64,000 bases of DNA from Somniosus microcephalus (lineage: Eukaryota): assembly GCA_052327205.1 (NCBI GenBank), contig CM126207.1:89776001-89840000 (forward strand). Direction: 5' to 3'. Under the pieces are notes generated by a model that saw nothing but the letters and a program-made list of their open reading frames with translations, was not told where the DNA came from and made no database searches. The first letter of the stretch is position 1. Each line of letters starts with the position of its first letter. A program made the translations under genes and the position numbers. Of this stretch, positions 28,371 through 41,849 are shown piece by piece.

Positions 28371-29979
28371 GGGGAGAAGAAAGCCGGGCAATTGGGAAAA
28401 AATTAGCAGTTCTAATATTGTCTGGCAGCTCTAATTTTATTCTACTTGACAGATTTCTACAGTATTTTGGACATCATTTTTAAATCAAGGAGCTAAATCA
28501 TTCAAATTAATTCAGAAATCACATTACATGCCAACTTCAATTTCTTTAAGTTTCTAATGAATCCCAATTTTAGAATATTTTCTTGAAAACTTCAACTTCC
28601 CTTAAATGATGACTTAAGAAGTTAATAAACTGATCTCAGGTATTAAGTAGTACCTTGAATACATTTCATGAAAATGTAGATCTCTGTAATGTGTTAATGA
28701 GATGGCAGCTCACAATATGTTATTCTGAATTCATCATCATAGAATTATACAGCACAAAAGGAGGCCATTCGGCCCATCACATCTATGCTAATATGACTAT
28801 CTCTAATTTAAATTATTATTTAATAAATCTCACCAACAATCCCTCCTAGAGAAACAGTGTAGACAGATGGATACTTTATTTACCTTAGTCTTGGCCTAAA
28901 GATGGAAAATTAGTATTTAATGAGATTTTCAACAATTAACACTGCATGTGTAAATTTCAATCTAGCTTGACTCCTGGGACCATCCACTTACTGTGATAGC
29001 ATGCACTTCATTACACATTTAATTTCTGTGAAATATCTGCCACCATCTAAATCATTCCTTATTAGGCTAATTAGGCATTTGCTTACTGTATACTTCATTA
29101 GATCCATGAAGATCTCATCATTTCTGGTTACAAATTGCTGCTACTGTTTGAAAATAATACACATGAACTTCATCAAAATAAATTTAACAAGTTGTGGGAT
29201 CTATTTCTATTTCCATAGACCTACAGATACCAGTATTAACTGACAGCTTGAGAGAAATATTTATTCTTGGTGCTCCTATTTATTTTACTCTGGGAGCTTG
29301 TGCACATTTGGTAATACATGTCTGAATTCAGTATAACCAGCAGAATCACTCTCTGCATAGTACTTTCTGTAAATATAATGTATACGCTTTTCAGTTATGT
29401 GCCTTGAGACAGTTGCAGGTTGAGAATATGTTACCTTTTGCTTCTGTAGCCTTGCATTTACATTCATTATGTAACCAAAGGAGAACAGCAATTTCTTTTG
29501 TCTTTATATTTTGTAGGTCCCTAAATATCTTAAAAGATTCAAATGTATCATTAAAAATTGCCACTTTTTGTCTCATCAATACTCATTGGATGATTGAAAG
29601 TTAAATAACTCTTCAAGATTATACTTTGCATCTTTTGTAGCAGAAATCTGTTGAGATCACTTATATCATAGTCTGTAGACTCATCATTCATTGCAGTGGT
29701 AGCATTTAGTACACTCAAAAGAGGAAGAGTTCTAGCGTAATACTTGTTCAATTTACATTTTCCTGATTTCAAAATCTTAAATTTCAGATTTTTTTCAATA
29801 ATTTTTAATTTAGCTTCTTCCCTTATTATTCTAAAAAAGTTAAATCATACCCACTTCCAAGGTTGGAAACTAAATATTCCAGGATACTTAACTTTTAGAA
29901 GAGATAGGCAAAGTGGAAAAGGAGGAGAGGTAGCCCTGATAATAAAGGATGGGATAAAGACAGTAGAGAGAAAGGATCT

Positions 29980-30240
29980 TGTATTGATTTGTACATGGGT
30001 TCAATGACGACACAATCATGAAAGAGAATGTCTTTTTATCTAAAGCTTGTTCAACAAGTTAACAGCATTACAGGAGACACCATCTTAGGGATCCATCTAA
30101 AACGAAACTAAAACGAAACTAAATTGCTTCTCTCACATGCCCTCTGCTGGTCAGGCATAAATAATCAAACAGGCAAATATGCTGGTAAGGCATCATAATC
30201 AAACAGGCAAATACCATCACTATTTGCTGATATCATTACA
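29980..30240 (-). repeat. 3' LTR of the Gypsy element
   Basis: TG...CA termini. About 10 substitutions and 1 indel relative to the other LTR (counted by eye). Confidence 0.95.
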
Positions 30241-30416
30241 TCTCCCTTTCTTAAAACAAAAGTCTTTTACTTTTATCTAACAACATGTTTTCTTTGTATT
30301 ACTCTGCATTTTAACTGTAACACTTAATGAACTTACATTATCATTATCATGATCAAGGTTTTTTAGAACTTGAAGAAAGAATAAGATAACATTACTTCCT
30401 TCTATAACAAGAGTCC

Positions 30417-33400
30417 TTAAACTTGCTCAATGAGTCTCTCAGGTGGCTTCACGTGTCTTGAGGATTTTCTGATTGATTGTCCTTGAATCTGAGTTGTTGC
30501 CTCAGATGATGTGTTCTCAGCTGTGTGATCAGGTTGTTCAACAGTATCAGTCTTTTGACCTGCTGTGTGATCAGGTTGTTCAACAGTATCAGTCTTTTGA
30601 CCTGCTGTGGCTGGTCCCATGAGAAGATCCCAACGATTTCTTCTCAGAACAGCACCCTCATCTGTCTGAATGGTGTATGATCTTGGTTGAACTTCACTCA
30701 GGACAGTTCCCTTCTGAGTTCATATGTTTGTTTTGTCTTTGAACCTTACTTGGTCACCAGTGTGGAGTTCAGGTAGGTTTTGTGTTCCTCTGTCATAGTA
30801 GTACTTTTGCTTTTCTTTCTGTTGTTCTTTGAACTTCCTCACTTTCTCCCCCTCTTTTGTTTTCAGGAGGTTCTCCGGGATGGGTAGGTTTGACCTTAGC
30901 AGACATCCCATAAGGAGTTGGGCTGGTGACTTACCACACTCGAGCGGCGTTGTGCGGTATACAAGCATGCTCTGGTAGAAGTCAGTTCCACTGTCTTTTG
31001 CCTTGTACATCAGTCTTTTCACTGTCTGGACCAATTTTTCCACTAGTCCATTGGACTGTGGAAAGTGAGGACTTGACGTTGTGTGGACAAAGTCCCACTC
31101 TTTGGCAAAGTGTCGGAAACTTGCATTGTAAAACTGGGGTCTGTTGTCTGTGAAGACCTCGCTTGCCACGCCATGTCTGGAGAATATGGCTTTCATACAT
31201 GTTATCACAGCATCTGCAGTGGTGGTGTACAGTCTACCAACCTCTGGATACAGGGAGTAATAGTCTGTGACTACAAGATAGTCCTTCCCTTGACATACGA
31301 ATAGGTCAGCGCCTACCTTCTGGTAAGGTCTGTCTGGTGCTGGGTGTGGCTTTAGTGGTTCTACCAGATTGCTTGCTCGATATTTCAGGCATATTGTGCA
31401 GTTTGACACCTCATTTGTCACATCTTGGTTGATTCGTGGCCAGTACATCACCTCGCGTGCTCTTTTCTTACACTTTTCGATTCCCAGATGTCCTCCATGG
31501 ATCCTTTTTAGCATCTCTTTTCTCAGACTCTTTGGGATAACTATTTTACTTCCTTTGTAGATGATGTCTTCGACCACTGATAGTTCCGCCCTGCAGTTCC
31601 AGTACTCTGCCATGTCAGGTGAGCAGTCTTGCTTCATGTTGGGCCATCCATCCAAGATGCTTTTCCTCAGTCGTCTCATTGTTTCATCTTTGTTTGTCTC
31701 AGTCTTTATGAGCTCCATTTTTGCATCTGCTATGGGCAGTGCACTTGTGATCATGTCCATGTAGGCGTTCACTTTTTCATCCATTTTGGTGTTTGCGGGC
31801 TCACTTGCGAGTCAACAGCTCTGGATAACGTGTCTGCTGTATACATCAGCTTACCCGGTGTGTACGCAACATTCAGTGTATAGCGTTGCAGCCTGATCAT
31901 CATTCTTTGTATTCTAAGCGGACAGCTATTTAGTGGCTTTTGGAACAATGCAATCAAGGGCTTATGGTCAGTCTCTACACTGATTGCTTGTCCTGCCACA
32001 AACTGGTGAAATCTTTCACAGGCGTATGTGATGCTGAGCAGCTCCTTTTCTATTTGAGCATATCGCGTCTCCGCGTCTGTCATTGAGTGCGATGCATGTG
32101 CAATAGGTTGCCAGTAGTCATATTTTTGCAGAAGAACGGCACCGAGCCCACTCTGTGATGCATCTGATGATATCTTGATGGGTCTCGCTGGGTCATAAAC
32201 CCTCAGAACTGGTTCCTCTGTGAGCAATTTCTTTAGATCGCTCCATGACTTCTCATGCTCATGATTCCATTCCCATTCTATGTTCTTTTCTGTTAGTCTT
32301 CTCAGTGGCACCATCTTTTCTGAGAGGTTGGATATGAATTTACCCATGCAGTTTATCATTCCATTAAACCTCTGCACGTCCTTTTTGCATTGTGGCTTTG
32401 GCATATTCTCAATGGCGGACACCTTTCTGGGATCTGGTCTGATGCCCTCACTGCTAAGGATATCTCCCACGAATGTCAGTTCTGTCACCCTGAGCTGGCA
32501 TTTCTCTCTATTCAGCTTCGGGTTTGTTTTCCTAGTAGCTTCCAGCACTTTTTTCAGTCTCTCGTCATGCTCAGTTCTCGTGGTTCCCCATACTATGATG
32601 TCATCCATTGATGTATCAACTCCCTCCAGGTGCTCATAGATCATATGGATAGTTTTGTGATACACTTCAGGAGCTGAGGCAATGCCAAATGGTAACCTTA
32701 GGAATCTGTATCTGCCAAATAGACTGTTGAACGTGCACAGTCTTGAACTTGCCTCGTCCAGTTTCATCTGCCAAAATCCTGATGATGCATCTAACTTGCT
32801 GAAATACTTTGCATTTGCAAACTGTGACATGATTTCCTCACGTGTAGGAAGCTTGAAGTGCTCTCTCTTTATTGCTCTGTTTAGATCTCTTGGATCCAGG
32901 CAAATTCTGAGCTTTCCATTCTTTTTGTCCACAACGACGAGGGAACTCACCCACTCAGTTGGCTCATCTATCTTCTGAATCACGTTCAGGCTTTCCACCC
33001 TGTCCAACTTTGCCTTCAGTTGCTTTTGAAGAGCAAACAGAACTTTTCTGCATGGATGTATGACCGTTGGCATACTTTTATCTACTCTGATCGTGTGTTC
33101 TCCTGGAAGGCAGCCTAGACCCTGAAATAGGTCGTTGTACTCTTTCATGAGTTCATCATAGACTGTCTCTCCTTCGCTTTCCACAACGAGGACTCTCTTT
33201 ACCAGGTTCAGCCTCTCACAGGCTATTAAACCTAGTATGGCCTGCACATCCTTTGGCACCACGATTAATGTTAGCGTGTGCTCTCTGTCCTTGTGTGTCA
33301 CTTTGACAATGCATCTTCCTTTCACTGGTATATCAGTACCTGAGTATCCTGTCACTTTCACTTGTATTCCATGTATCTTTGGTCTGGGTCTGATTTTCTT

Positions 33401-34354
33401 AAAATCAGCCTCTGATATCACATTAACTTGTGCTCCAGTATCGAATTTAAATGGAATGTGTATGTCATTCACTTTTAGTGTCAACATCCAGTCTCTTTTT
33501 TCTTTTTTGTTTTCAGACACAACATCTACATAGAACTCCTCTATCTTGCTTTCATCTACTGCATGGACCTTGCTTTGTTGCGCTTGGTTCTTACAGCAAC
33601 GGGCATAATGGTTGTTTTTGTTGCAACTATTGCATGTTTTACCATATGCTGGACACTTTTTTGGTGGATGCTGTGTACCGCATCGACTACATGACTTTCG
33701 ATTGCCCCTTTCATTTTTGTTCCCTGGCCACGCCTCTTTTTTCACGTTGGCGCTCTTTTTGTTAAATGGTTTGTGTCCGTTCTTTCTCACTGCATCCACG
33801 TTGCAGCTACTGTCACTGAACAGCTCTTTTGCCTGCGACTTCACAGTCTCTGTAGCCCTACACAGTGCTATGGCTTTTCCCAGGTCTAGATTTTGCTCTC
33901 TTAGCAGTCTTTCCCTTAGACCATTATCTGGAATACCACACACCAGTCTGTCTTTTATCAGCGAGTCTGTCAGCCCCCCAAATTCACATGTTTTGCTTCT
34001 GTTTCTCCATTCAGTCACATGCTGTTCAATAGTCTCTCCCATTTTCTGTACACATGTGAAAAATCTGTGCCTCTCAAATGTCACGTTACGTTTAGGTATG
34101 CAGTAGGCCTCAAACTGTTCCATTATTTTATCCAGCTTCATTTTGTCTCCATCAGCAGTGAATGTGAAGTTATTATACACCTCCAGCGCTTCATCACCCA
34201 CGACATGTAAGAACACTGACGCTTTCATTTTATCACTTTTCTCGTCAGCTCCGATTGCCGCTAAATACAACTCCAAACGTTGTTTGAATCTCCTCCAATT
34301 TTCAGCCACATTACCTGTCAACTGAAGCTTCGCTGGTGGGTGTAAACCTTCCAT
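30417..34354 (-). pseudogene. Gypsy gag-pol polyprotein with one frameshift (~31780) and one in-frame stop (30720-30722)
   Basis: Two CCHC knuckles (CSRCGTQH..C, CNSCNKNNHYARC), protease DTGA, RT LPFGI and SMDD, RNase H DAS..GLGAVL and TDHKPL, integrase HHCC and D,D,E region. The frame continues past the stop to ..KPPERLIEQV*. Confidence 0.95.
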
Positions 34355-34466
34355 TTTTTCACTTCGTTAGCTATTCTCCAATGGTAAGTAACGATGTTCT
34401 CTTTTGGCTTGCTAATATGTGGAGAGCTGATTTAACTTCAGATTTTTCCTCTTCATCTCTTTCAAT

Positions 34467-34480
34467 CACTTCTGACACCA
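34467..34480 (-). other. Primer-binding site complementary to the tRNA-Leu 3' end
   Basis: TGGTGTCAGAAGTG on the minus strand, complementary to ..CACUUCUGACACCA of vertebrate tRNA-Leu(CAA). Confidence 0.85.
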
Positions 34481-34740
34481 CGTATCGATTTGTATGTGGG
34501 TTCAATGACGACACAATCATGAAAGAGAATGCCTTTTTATCTAAAGCTTGTTCAACAAGTTAACAGCATTACAGGAGACACCATCTTAGGGATCCATCTA
34601 AAACGAAATAAAACAAAACTAAACTGCCTCTCTCACATGCCCTCTGCTGGTCAGGCATAAATAATCAAACAGGCAAATATGCTGGTAAGGCATCATAATC
34701 AAACAGGTAAATACCATCACTATTTGCTGATATCATTTCA
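34481..34740 (-). repeat. 5' LTR of the Gypsy element
   Basis: Direct repeat of 29980-30240, abutting the PBS. Confidence 0.95.
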
Positions 34741-34920
34741 GATCTTAGCTCAGAAAATCAGGAAGTAGAATCAGTTTGGGTGGAGCTAAAAAACAGCAAG
34801 AAAACATGGGTGGGAGTTGTTTACAGGCCCCGAAACAGTAGTTGTAATGTAGGGCAGAGTATAAATTAGGAAATTAGAGGCACATGTAACAAGAGTAAGA
34901 CAGTAATCATGGGGGACTAT

Positions 34921-35697
34921 GGGGGGAATTTTATCAATGGGGGCACATTGGGGGCGGGACTGCTGTTTGTCGGGTTTCAGTCCCGCCCCCAAAGACATCC
35001 AGCCAATTAAGGGAAAACCAATGACAGAGAACATCAGCGTATGACGTTTCATGTGTCAAAAAATTTTGACAGCTGAATTGTCATCATTTGACAGCTTAAA
35101 GAAGCTGTCAAACACTGATAATCTTCTGTTCTTTGGTGAGTCCTTGTACTCAAGACTCACCAAACCTCTTTCCTGAGCAGAAATCAGATGGCTGTTGCAT
35201 CGAAGAATGCAGCAGCCATTCTGTCATCTCTGCCGTGGCGATGAGGAGCCTCCGGATCCCCAAAGGTTGAAGCCTGCAGGAAGAAACAAAGGTAAGGAAA
35301 CTTTTTCTAACACTTTTCACTCACCGCCCATAATTACCTCTCCACACTTGCACCCATCACTCACCTCCACAGAGCACTTTTTGAACCCTCTGACCCCCGC
35401 AGACCCACTGCTCGTCTTGCTGACCCTGGCAGGGTTTCCCGATGTCGGGAAGCCCGCACTTGTTTTGGTAAAATGGGGATAAGCCTCTTAACTGCTTGTT
35501 TTAACAGGCAGTTAAGTGGCTGTAATCCCCTTCCCACCTCGAGGCGGCGGGTCCCAGCGCGAGTCAGGGACCCGCCTCCTGGGAAGATGGCACGGAGGCG
35601 GGTTGGAAGCGGGTTCGGTACCTGCTCCCAGGTTCTGCCATTTTCCTGGCAGTCCTGCCTCCAAACCTGCCTCCCCAGGGCTGGCAAAATTCTCCCC
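34921..35697. mobile_element. Harbinger-type MITE inserted in the CR1 endonuclease region
   Basis: Termini GGGGGGAATTTT / AAAATTCTCCCC. Interrupts CR1 between VIMGD and IDWAN. Confidence 0.7.
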
Positions 35698-36546
35698 ATA
35701 GACTGGGCAAACTAAATTTGCAATAATAGTGTGGAGGACAAGTTCATGGAATGTATACAAGATAGTTTTCTAGATCAGTATGCTGAGGAACCAACTAGGG
35801 AACACGCTATTTTAGATCTAGTATTGTACAATGAGAAATGGTTAATTAATAGACTTGTAGTAAAGGGATCTTTAGGGAAGAGTGACCATAATATGATAGA
35901 ATTTTATATTGAGTTTGAAAGTGATTTTGTTAAATCCAAAACTAGGGTCTTAAATCTAAACAAAGCAAATTACATAGGTTTGAGGGGCGAGTTGGGTAAG
36001 GTAGATTGGGAAACTACATTAAAAGGTATGACAGTAGACAAGCAATGGCTAGCATTTAAATAATTAATACATAATTTACAACAAATGTACATTTCTTTAA
36101 GGCACAAAACTCCCACAGAAAAAGTGGTTCAGTTGTGGCTAACAAGAGAAGTTAAATATAGTATTAGATCAAAGGAAGAGGCTTATTCTGTTGTCAAAAA
36201 GAGTAGCAAGCCTGAGGATTGGGAGGATTTTAGAATTCAGCAAAGGAGGACCAAGAAATTGATAAGGAAAGAGAATAAAGAATATGTGAGTAAATTAGCA
36301 AGAGGCATAAAAACAGATTGTAAATGTTTCTATAGGTATGTAAATAGGAAGAGATTAGTGAAAGTAAACATGGGCCCATTAGAGGCAGAGACAGGAGAAA
36401 TTATAATGGACAATAAGGAAATGGCAGAGACATTAAACAAATACTTTATAATTGTCTTCATGGTAGAAGACACAAAAAATATTCCAGAAATAATGGGGAA
36501 CCAAGGGTCTAGAGAGAATGAGGAACTTAAAGAAATCAGTATAAGT

Positions 36547-37105
36547 AAACATAGAAACATAGAAGATAGGAGCAGGAGTAGGCCATTCGGCCCCTCGAGC
36601 CTGCTCTGCCATTCAATGAGATCATGGCTGATCACCCAAATTCAATACCCTGTCCCTGCCTTCTCCACATATCCCTTCATCTCTTTAGCCTTAAGAAATA
36701 TATCCAACTCCTTCTTGAATATATTTAATGAATTGGCCCCCACTGCCTTCTGTGGTAGAGAATTCCACAGGTTCACCACTCTCTGGGTGAAGAAATTCCT
36801 CCTCATCTCTGTCCTAAATGGCTTACCCCTTATCCTTAGACTGTGAGCCCTGGTTCTGGACTCCGCGGCCATCGGGAACATCCTTCCTGCATCCAGTCTG
36901 TCTCATCCTGTTAGAATTTTATAAGTTTCAATGAGATCCCCTCTCATTCTTCTAAACTCCAGCGAGTGTAAACCCAATCGACCCAATCTCTCTTCATACA
37001 TCATTCCTGCCATCCCAGGTATCAGTCTGGTGAGTTTTCGCTGCATTCCCTCCATGGCAAGAACATCCTTCCTCGGATAAGGCGACCAAAACTGCACACA
37101 ATACG
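36547..37105 (-). mobile_element. 5'-truncated CR1 inserted antisense in the larger CR1
   Basis: (TTCTATGT)n tail and RT C-terminus, close to the 22.5-23.6 kb copies. Confidence 0.92.
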
Positions 37106-37355
37106 CAAAGACATAGTACTGGAGAAATGAATGCGATTAAGTGGCAACAAATCCCCTGGACCTGACGACCTGCATCCTAGGGTTTTAAAAGAGGTAGCTG
37201 CAGAGATAGTGGATGCACTGGTATTAATCTTCCAGAATTCCCTAGATTCTAGAACAGTCCCCAAGGATTAGAAGGTAGCAACCATAACCCCGCTATTTAA
37301 GAAAGGAGGAAGAGAAACCACGGGGAACTATAGACCAGTTAGCCTAACTTCAGTA

Positions 37356-37876
37356 CAGGTAGACTACCTTTTATCCGAACTTCCGAAAACCGAAACCCTC
37401 TCAAAACCGAAGGTTTTTTCGTTCAGCGTAAGTCGTGCGCACGACATGACCAGAGTGGCGCACGACCCCAACCCCCGCCGACGACCCCCCGCGGACCCCC
37501 CCGAGGACCCCCGCCGACCCCCCCGCCGACCCCGAACCCCGCCGACCCCCCCGCCGACCCCCCCGCGGACCCCTGCCGACCCCCCCGCTGACCCCGACTC
37601 CCGCCGACCCCCCCGCCGACCCCCCTGCGGACCCCCGCCGACCCCCCCACTGACCCCCCCGCCGACCCCGACTCCCGCCGACCCCCCCACCGACCCCCCC
37701 GCGGATCCCCGCCGACCCCCCCGCCGACCCCAACTCCCGCCGACCCCCCGCCGACCCCCACCGACCCACCCCCGACAAATTTCCCAGTCTTATAAAATAC
37801 CTTCCGAAATCCGTAATTTTCCGAAAACCGAAACACGGCTGGTCCCGAGGTTTTCGGATAAAGGATAGTCTACCTG
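37356..37876. mobile_element. Tigger/pogo-like MITE with an internal C-rich minisatellite
   Basis: 24-bp TIRs CAGGTAGACTACCTTTTATCCGAA / TTCGGATAAAGGATAGTCTACCTG and TA TSD. Splits CR1 codons TSV|VGKMLE. CCGCCGACCCC repeats at 37462-37776. Confidence 0.9.
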
Positions 37877-38909
37877 TAGTAGGCAAAATGCTAGAATCTA
37901 TTACTAGGGACATGGTAACAGGGCACTTAGAAAATTGTAATATGATTAGGCAGAGTCAACATGGTTTTATGAAAGTGAAATCATGTTTGACAAATCTGTT
38001 AGAGTTTTTTGAAGATCTAACTAGTAGGATGGATAAGGGGGAATCAGTGGATGTAGTGTATTTGGATTTGTACATGAATCACAGAAAGTTAACATGTAGG
38101 TAAAGTAAGCAATTAGGAAAGCAAATGGTATGTTAGCTTTTGTTACAAAGGGATTAGAGTATAAGAGTAAAGAAATCTTACTACAATTATACAGGGCATT
38201 GGTGAGGCCACTCCTGGAGTACTGTGTACAGTTCTGGTCTCCTTACCTGAGGAAAGACATACTTGCCTTAGAGGGAGTGCAACAAAGGTTCATTAGACTG
38301 GTTCCTGGGTTGAGGAGATTGCCCTATGAGGAGAGATTGAGTAGACTCGGCCTATATTCCCTAGAGTTTAGAAGAATGAGAGGTGATCTAATTGAAACAT
38401 ATAAAATTCTTAAGGAGCTTGACAGGGTTAATGCTGAGAAAATGTTTCCCCTGGCTGGGGAATCTAGAACACAGGGTCACAGTCTCAGAATAAGGGGTCG
38501 GCCATTTAAGACTGAGATGAGGCGAAATTTCTTCATTCAAAGGGTTGTGAATCTTTGGAATCTTCTACCCCAGAGGACTGTGGATGCTCAGTCATTGAGT
38601 ATATTCAAGATAGAGGTCGATACATTTTTGGGAACTAAGGGAATTAAGGGATATGGGTATAATACGGGAAGGTGGAGTTGAGGTAAAAGATCAGCCATGA
38701 TCTTGTTGAATGGCAGAGCAGGCTTGAAGGGTCAAATGGTCTACACCAGCTCCTATTTCTTATGTTCTTAATATATGCTTTTATGAAGAGAATAATTCTA
38801 GTTCTATTTCTTCACAGTGAGGTGTTAGAAGTCACTATATTCTCTTTGTTGGTCGCCTCTGCACTGCATTCTTTAATTTTGTAAGAGGTATGGGGTATAT
38901 ATTAAGTGT

Positions 38910-39335
38910 AAGTCTTGACTCAGTAGTAGCACTCTTGCTTCTGAGTCAGAAGGTTGTGAGTTCAAGCCCCACTCCAGAGACTTGAGCATATAATCTGGGC
39001 TGACACTTCATTGCAGTACTGGGAGTTGCCACCTTTTAGATGAGATCTTAAACTGCCCTCTCGGGTGCGTGTAATAGATTCCATGGCACTAATTAAAGAA
39101 GAGCAGGGGAGTTCTCCCAGTGTCTTGGCCAATATATATCCTTCAATCATCACCAAAACAGATTATCTTATCATTTATCTCATTGCTGTTTGTGAGACTG
39201 TCTGTTCACTAATCTGTTGCTACATTTGCCTACATTACAACAATAACTACACTTCATAACTATTAATTGGCTGTGAAGTATTTTGGAACATTCTGAGGAT
39301 GTGAAATGTGTTATATAAATGCAGTTCTTTCTTCC
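38910..39335 (+). mobile_element. Full-length tRNA-derived DeuSINE-like SINE (resembles the shark SacSINE1 type)
   Basis: A-box-like TGACTCAGTAG, B-box GAGTTCAAGCC, central GAAGAGCAGGGGAGTTCTCCC..TGGCCAATAT core, L2-like tail. Family name assigned from recall. Confidence 0.75.
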
Positions 39336-39528
39336 TATAATTTCTTCTATGCATAAAGCTAAAGGAAAATTATTGTAATAAATTATTTTACTAAACCATC
39401 ACTGGTTTGTAAAAGTTTTGAAAGATACATTTTTTGCACTTTACACACAGAGGAAAATGTACCCCATAGTGTCTTAAACTAGGCTTTGCATGTGTGATGT
39501 GGTCACATTAATGCATCATGGAAACATA

Positions 39529-40230
39529 GGGGTGAATTTTAACACCCAAAAATGGGTGGGTTGGGGTTGGAGTCGGGACAGATGTTAACATTTTTAAAAT
39601 TCCAAACCCGATTCCAACCTGCCCACTTCCGGGTTTAACGGAGGCGGGACAAGGGGCAGGCAGTCAACCTACTCCCAAGGTGGCAATTTAAATATTTTAA
39701 TGAGGCTGGTAGCCTTTGGTTTAACCTGCTTTGCAGGTTTAACAGTGGCCGGCCGGGTTTCCCAGGCCTCGGGAAACCTGGCAGCTGAAGGGAGGCAAGG
39801 TCAGCTTCGTGGAGAAGGTAAGTATCTTTACAGCATTGCTTGTGGGCTAGGAGGAACAGGAGTGATTCCCCCCTGGTCCCCAAGCTCCGCCCATCAGACC
39901 TCTCCCCCGCAATAAAAAGAAGCCCAAGTTGAGGATTGAACCTGCCCCGGGGTTAGGGATTGGACCCCCACCCCCCGGTATCAGACCCCCCCACTGGGGT
40001 CGGTGACCGGGCCTACCTGGTCCTGCAGCCAGCTCCGGAATCCTCCCTGCCCAATTGGAAGCCAAGCCTGTCAATCTGGCTGACTTCCGAGCGGGGAACC
40101 TTTCCAGGAGAAAAGATGCATACTGTGGAGTTAAAACTCCACAGCATGCGGGGAAACCCGGATATCTGAGTTTCGTGTACGAAACTCCACTCCTCCACTT
40201 ACACAACCCGCCCCTGTTAATATCCAGGCC
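39529..40230. mobile_element. Harbinger-type MITE
   Basis: Termini GGGGTGAATTTTAAC / GTTAATATCCAGGCC with TSD ATA/ATA. Confidence 0.75.
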
Positions 40231-40844
40231 ATACATTCTGTATGTTTTGCATAGGAAAAAGCTGACAACTGAGACTCTTCTAATGTCTGTTTTGCATTTT
40301 TGAACAATAGAGAATAGCTTTTCTGATATGTGATCCTCTAACTTCTAGCTTCCAACCTTTCTCCCACCATCGCAACATTTCTTGTGTTTCTCAATTTTAT
40401 TCACCGAATTGTGGTCATTGCTCCTATGACTTTGCTGTCTTGTCTTTCCTAAGCCCCAAATATTGTATCCAATATGCTCTTCCTTCTCCAGCATTGAAAC
40501 CAAGAATAAACAAATCGGGGGCAAAATTCGATAGCCCCCGAAAACAGGCGCCGGGATTGTGATGCACGATTAAACTGTGCCAATTTCATCCAATGCAGGC
40601 AGCATGCCAACTCGGTGCTGTCTGCTAATTTGCATGATTGCTGCATGCAGCCAGTGCTATATGCACTGTTGAGTGGCTGCATACCTTAGCAGGGGGTCCA
40701 AGATTGTGCGAGGCTAGTACCACTTAAAGCCAGCCTGCAGTACTTAAAGCCAGCCTGCAACTCTTAAAGGGGAGTTGCATTCTGGCTGGAGCAGGTGCTG
40801 GAACTGTTTGTGGAAGAGAGTCTGAGCAGAATAAAGAGTGGATT

Positions 40845-41090
40845 ATGGGGCAACAGGGGAGAGAGCGTGCTCCTAGGTTCTCTTACGCTCCACTAGAGTC
40901 CTTAGTGGAGGAGGTGGAGGGGAGGAGAGAGGTCCTCTATTCACAGGGGCCCAGGAGGCCCTCCAGACAAACTCTCAGAAGGCAGTGGGACCAGATAGAC
41001 ATGGCGGTCAATGTCAGGAGTCAAGCCCCAAGGACTTGGATGCAGTGCTGCAAGAAGTTCAATGACCTCACACGAGTGGTCAAGGTCAGA
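40845..41090 (+). pseudogene. Harbinger Myb/SANT-like DNA-binding protein, N-terminal exon
   Basis: RAPRFS...LVEEV..RREVL...RRQW.QI...VN......RTW.QC.KKFNDL. Possible donor AAG|GTCAGA at ~41085. Confidence 0.85.
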
Positions 41091-41849
41091 GAATTCAACT
41101 TCAAATGCCATATCCCACCAACTGCACAGTTGGTGGGATATGGCAGACATCTGTCATGCAGTCTCAGTTTGCTGCCACACAAGCTCAGACTGCTCTCATG
41201 CAGGCTTAGCTTGCTGCCACGCAGATCAAACTGCTGCCATCGTGGCTGAGTTTCCAAGTGTGGAATGGGGCTTGCAGGGTCTCACAGCAGTCCAGCAATC
41301 TGTCCTCCAACAGATGGCTCGGAATGCTGAGACGCCGTTCCGGGGGAGTGTAAATGGCTCCGTGGAGCAGGAACCTGCTGTATTCTTTCAGGATGACAGC
41401 ATTCGTACTCCTACCACTGCCACTCCGCCAGTGCCATTACAGTTGCCTGCCAGTTAGTCAGCCCAGACTGCTGCTGCCCATGCTGAGGTGGTAAAGTCTA
41501 CAGCCGGGCCGTCTAGACCCAGAGCTGCTGGAGTTCATCCGGCAAGTCCATCTGCAGTGCCCCCACGGAAAGTCAGCAGCCTTCCACCAACCATGCTGCA
41601 GCCACTGGGGTAGAACTTTGTAGGAGCACTAGAATAGACAAAGGAACATGAAAGACAGACACTAAGAGAATGCACAAGGGTTATTAGTTGTAATATTGGA
41701 ATTAATCATTTATAAATTATGTTTGGAATGTTTTGTGGTGGCTGTCATTTCAGCATTGTGCCCAAGAGGACAGAGGGATGGTAAAGTGGGGAAGTGTTGA
41801 GCAATGGGGATCTGGGGTTTCATTCAGGGGAACTGGAGTCTGATGATGT

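Larger units (their letters stand above)
29980..34740 (-). mobile_element. Near-complete Ty3/Gypsy LTR retrotransposon (Mag-like organisation, single gag-pol)
   Basis: LTRs 29980-30240 and 34481-34740; TSD GATCT (29975-9 and 34741-5); PBS 34467-34480; PPT 30241-30252; domain order gag-PR-RT-RH-IN. Confidence 0.97.
29855..38770 (+). mobile_element. Decayed CR1 LINE ORF2 (AP endonuclease and RT) hosting four later insertions
   Basis: GY..FRRDR..GKGG, ESVWVEL, VIMGD, LDL, SDH, KSPGPD, NYRPVSLTSV, QHGF, LVRP.LEYC, and (TTCTTATG) tail. An internal deletion at ~38070 removes the RT core. Confidence 0.92.

Noticed and set aside
32595-32620. SMDD instead of YxDD taken as an inactivating or novel change
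   Set aside because: The catalytic DD is retained, and without the family consensus a copy-specific change cannot be told from a family trait.
37364-37913. Gly/Pro-rich ORFs
   Set aside because: Translations of the MITE minisatellite.
38910-38975. tRNA gene
   Set aside because: Degenerate SINE head continuous with a SINE body; no intact cloverleaf.
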